Shown here one piece after another: positions 63,826 to 64,000 of a DNA stretch of 64,000 bases (position 1 is its first letter; every line of letters begins with the position of its first letter). The stretch comes from Convolutriloba macropyga (Eukaryota): contig NC_134471.1 in NCBI RefSeq assembly GCF_964194025.1, positions 16,306,001 to 16,370,000 of the forward strand. The letters are read 5' to 3'. The notes beneath the pieces are model-generated. The model worked only from the letters and a program-made list of their open reading frames with translations. It did no database searches and was not told the DNA's origin. The position numbers and the translations under genes are program-made.

Positions 63826-64000
63826 ATAATCGATAATTGAAGCAGCTAAATTTGTGTAGAAAAATTTCTCCAAGTCCAGTTAAAAAACCGAATTTTGAGA
63901 TTTTCCAGTATGTTCTGAATTTTTTTACCCTCCTCCTTTTTCATTCCGGGCTGGGGACCGGCAGGGGCGGAATTGCTTTAAGCTATAGGAGAATTGAGCA

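Overview
AT-rich animal (invertebrate) genomic scaffold with four N gaps; not prokaryotic. Host genes: the 5' eight coding exons of UBR5/EDD (minus, 22909->9291, continuing off the left edge), an intronless DNAJC9 (plus), a two-exon NDUFB7 (plus), and fragments of a probable divergent carbohydrate-sulfotransferase-like gene (minus). Most of the rest is transposable elements: many non-autonomous Helentron-type (HINE/DINE-like) elements filling the UBR5 introns, CR1-group, L2-like and RTE-like LINEs, Penelope fragments, MITEs, a foldback element with minisatellites and three local duplications. Main leads: (1) two unrelated full-length LINEs begin with the same 30-33 nt leader (TAG)CCTAATTGTTGTGATAAACTTATTAAATAG, present in tandem in one of them and inside its TSD. 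Three host genes also have a splice acceptor just before the ATG. Together this suggests LINE RNAs are spliced-leader trans-spliced and recycled into the genome. (2) Helentron-type elements repeatedly nest in a T-tract 43-56 nt inside the 5' end of another Helentron-type element, and all lie in the sense orientation of the host gene. (3) An RTE-like RT carries a ~185-aa zinc-finger-containing insertion inside the polymerase domain. All analysis was done by eye; no searches were run.
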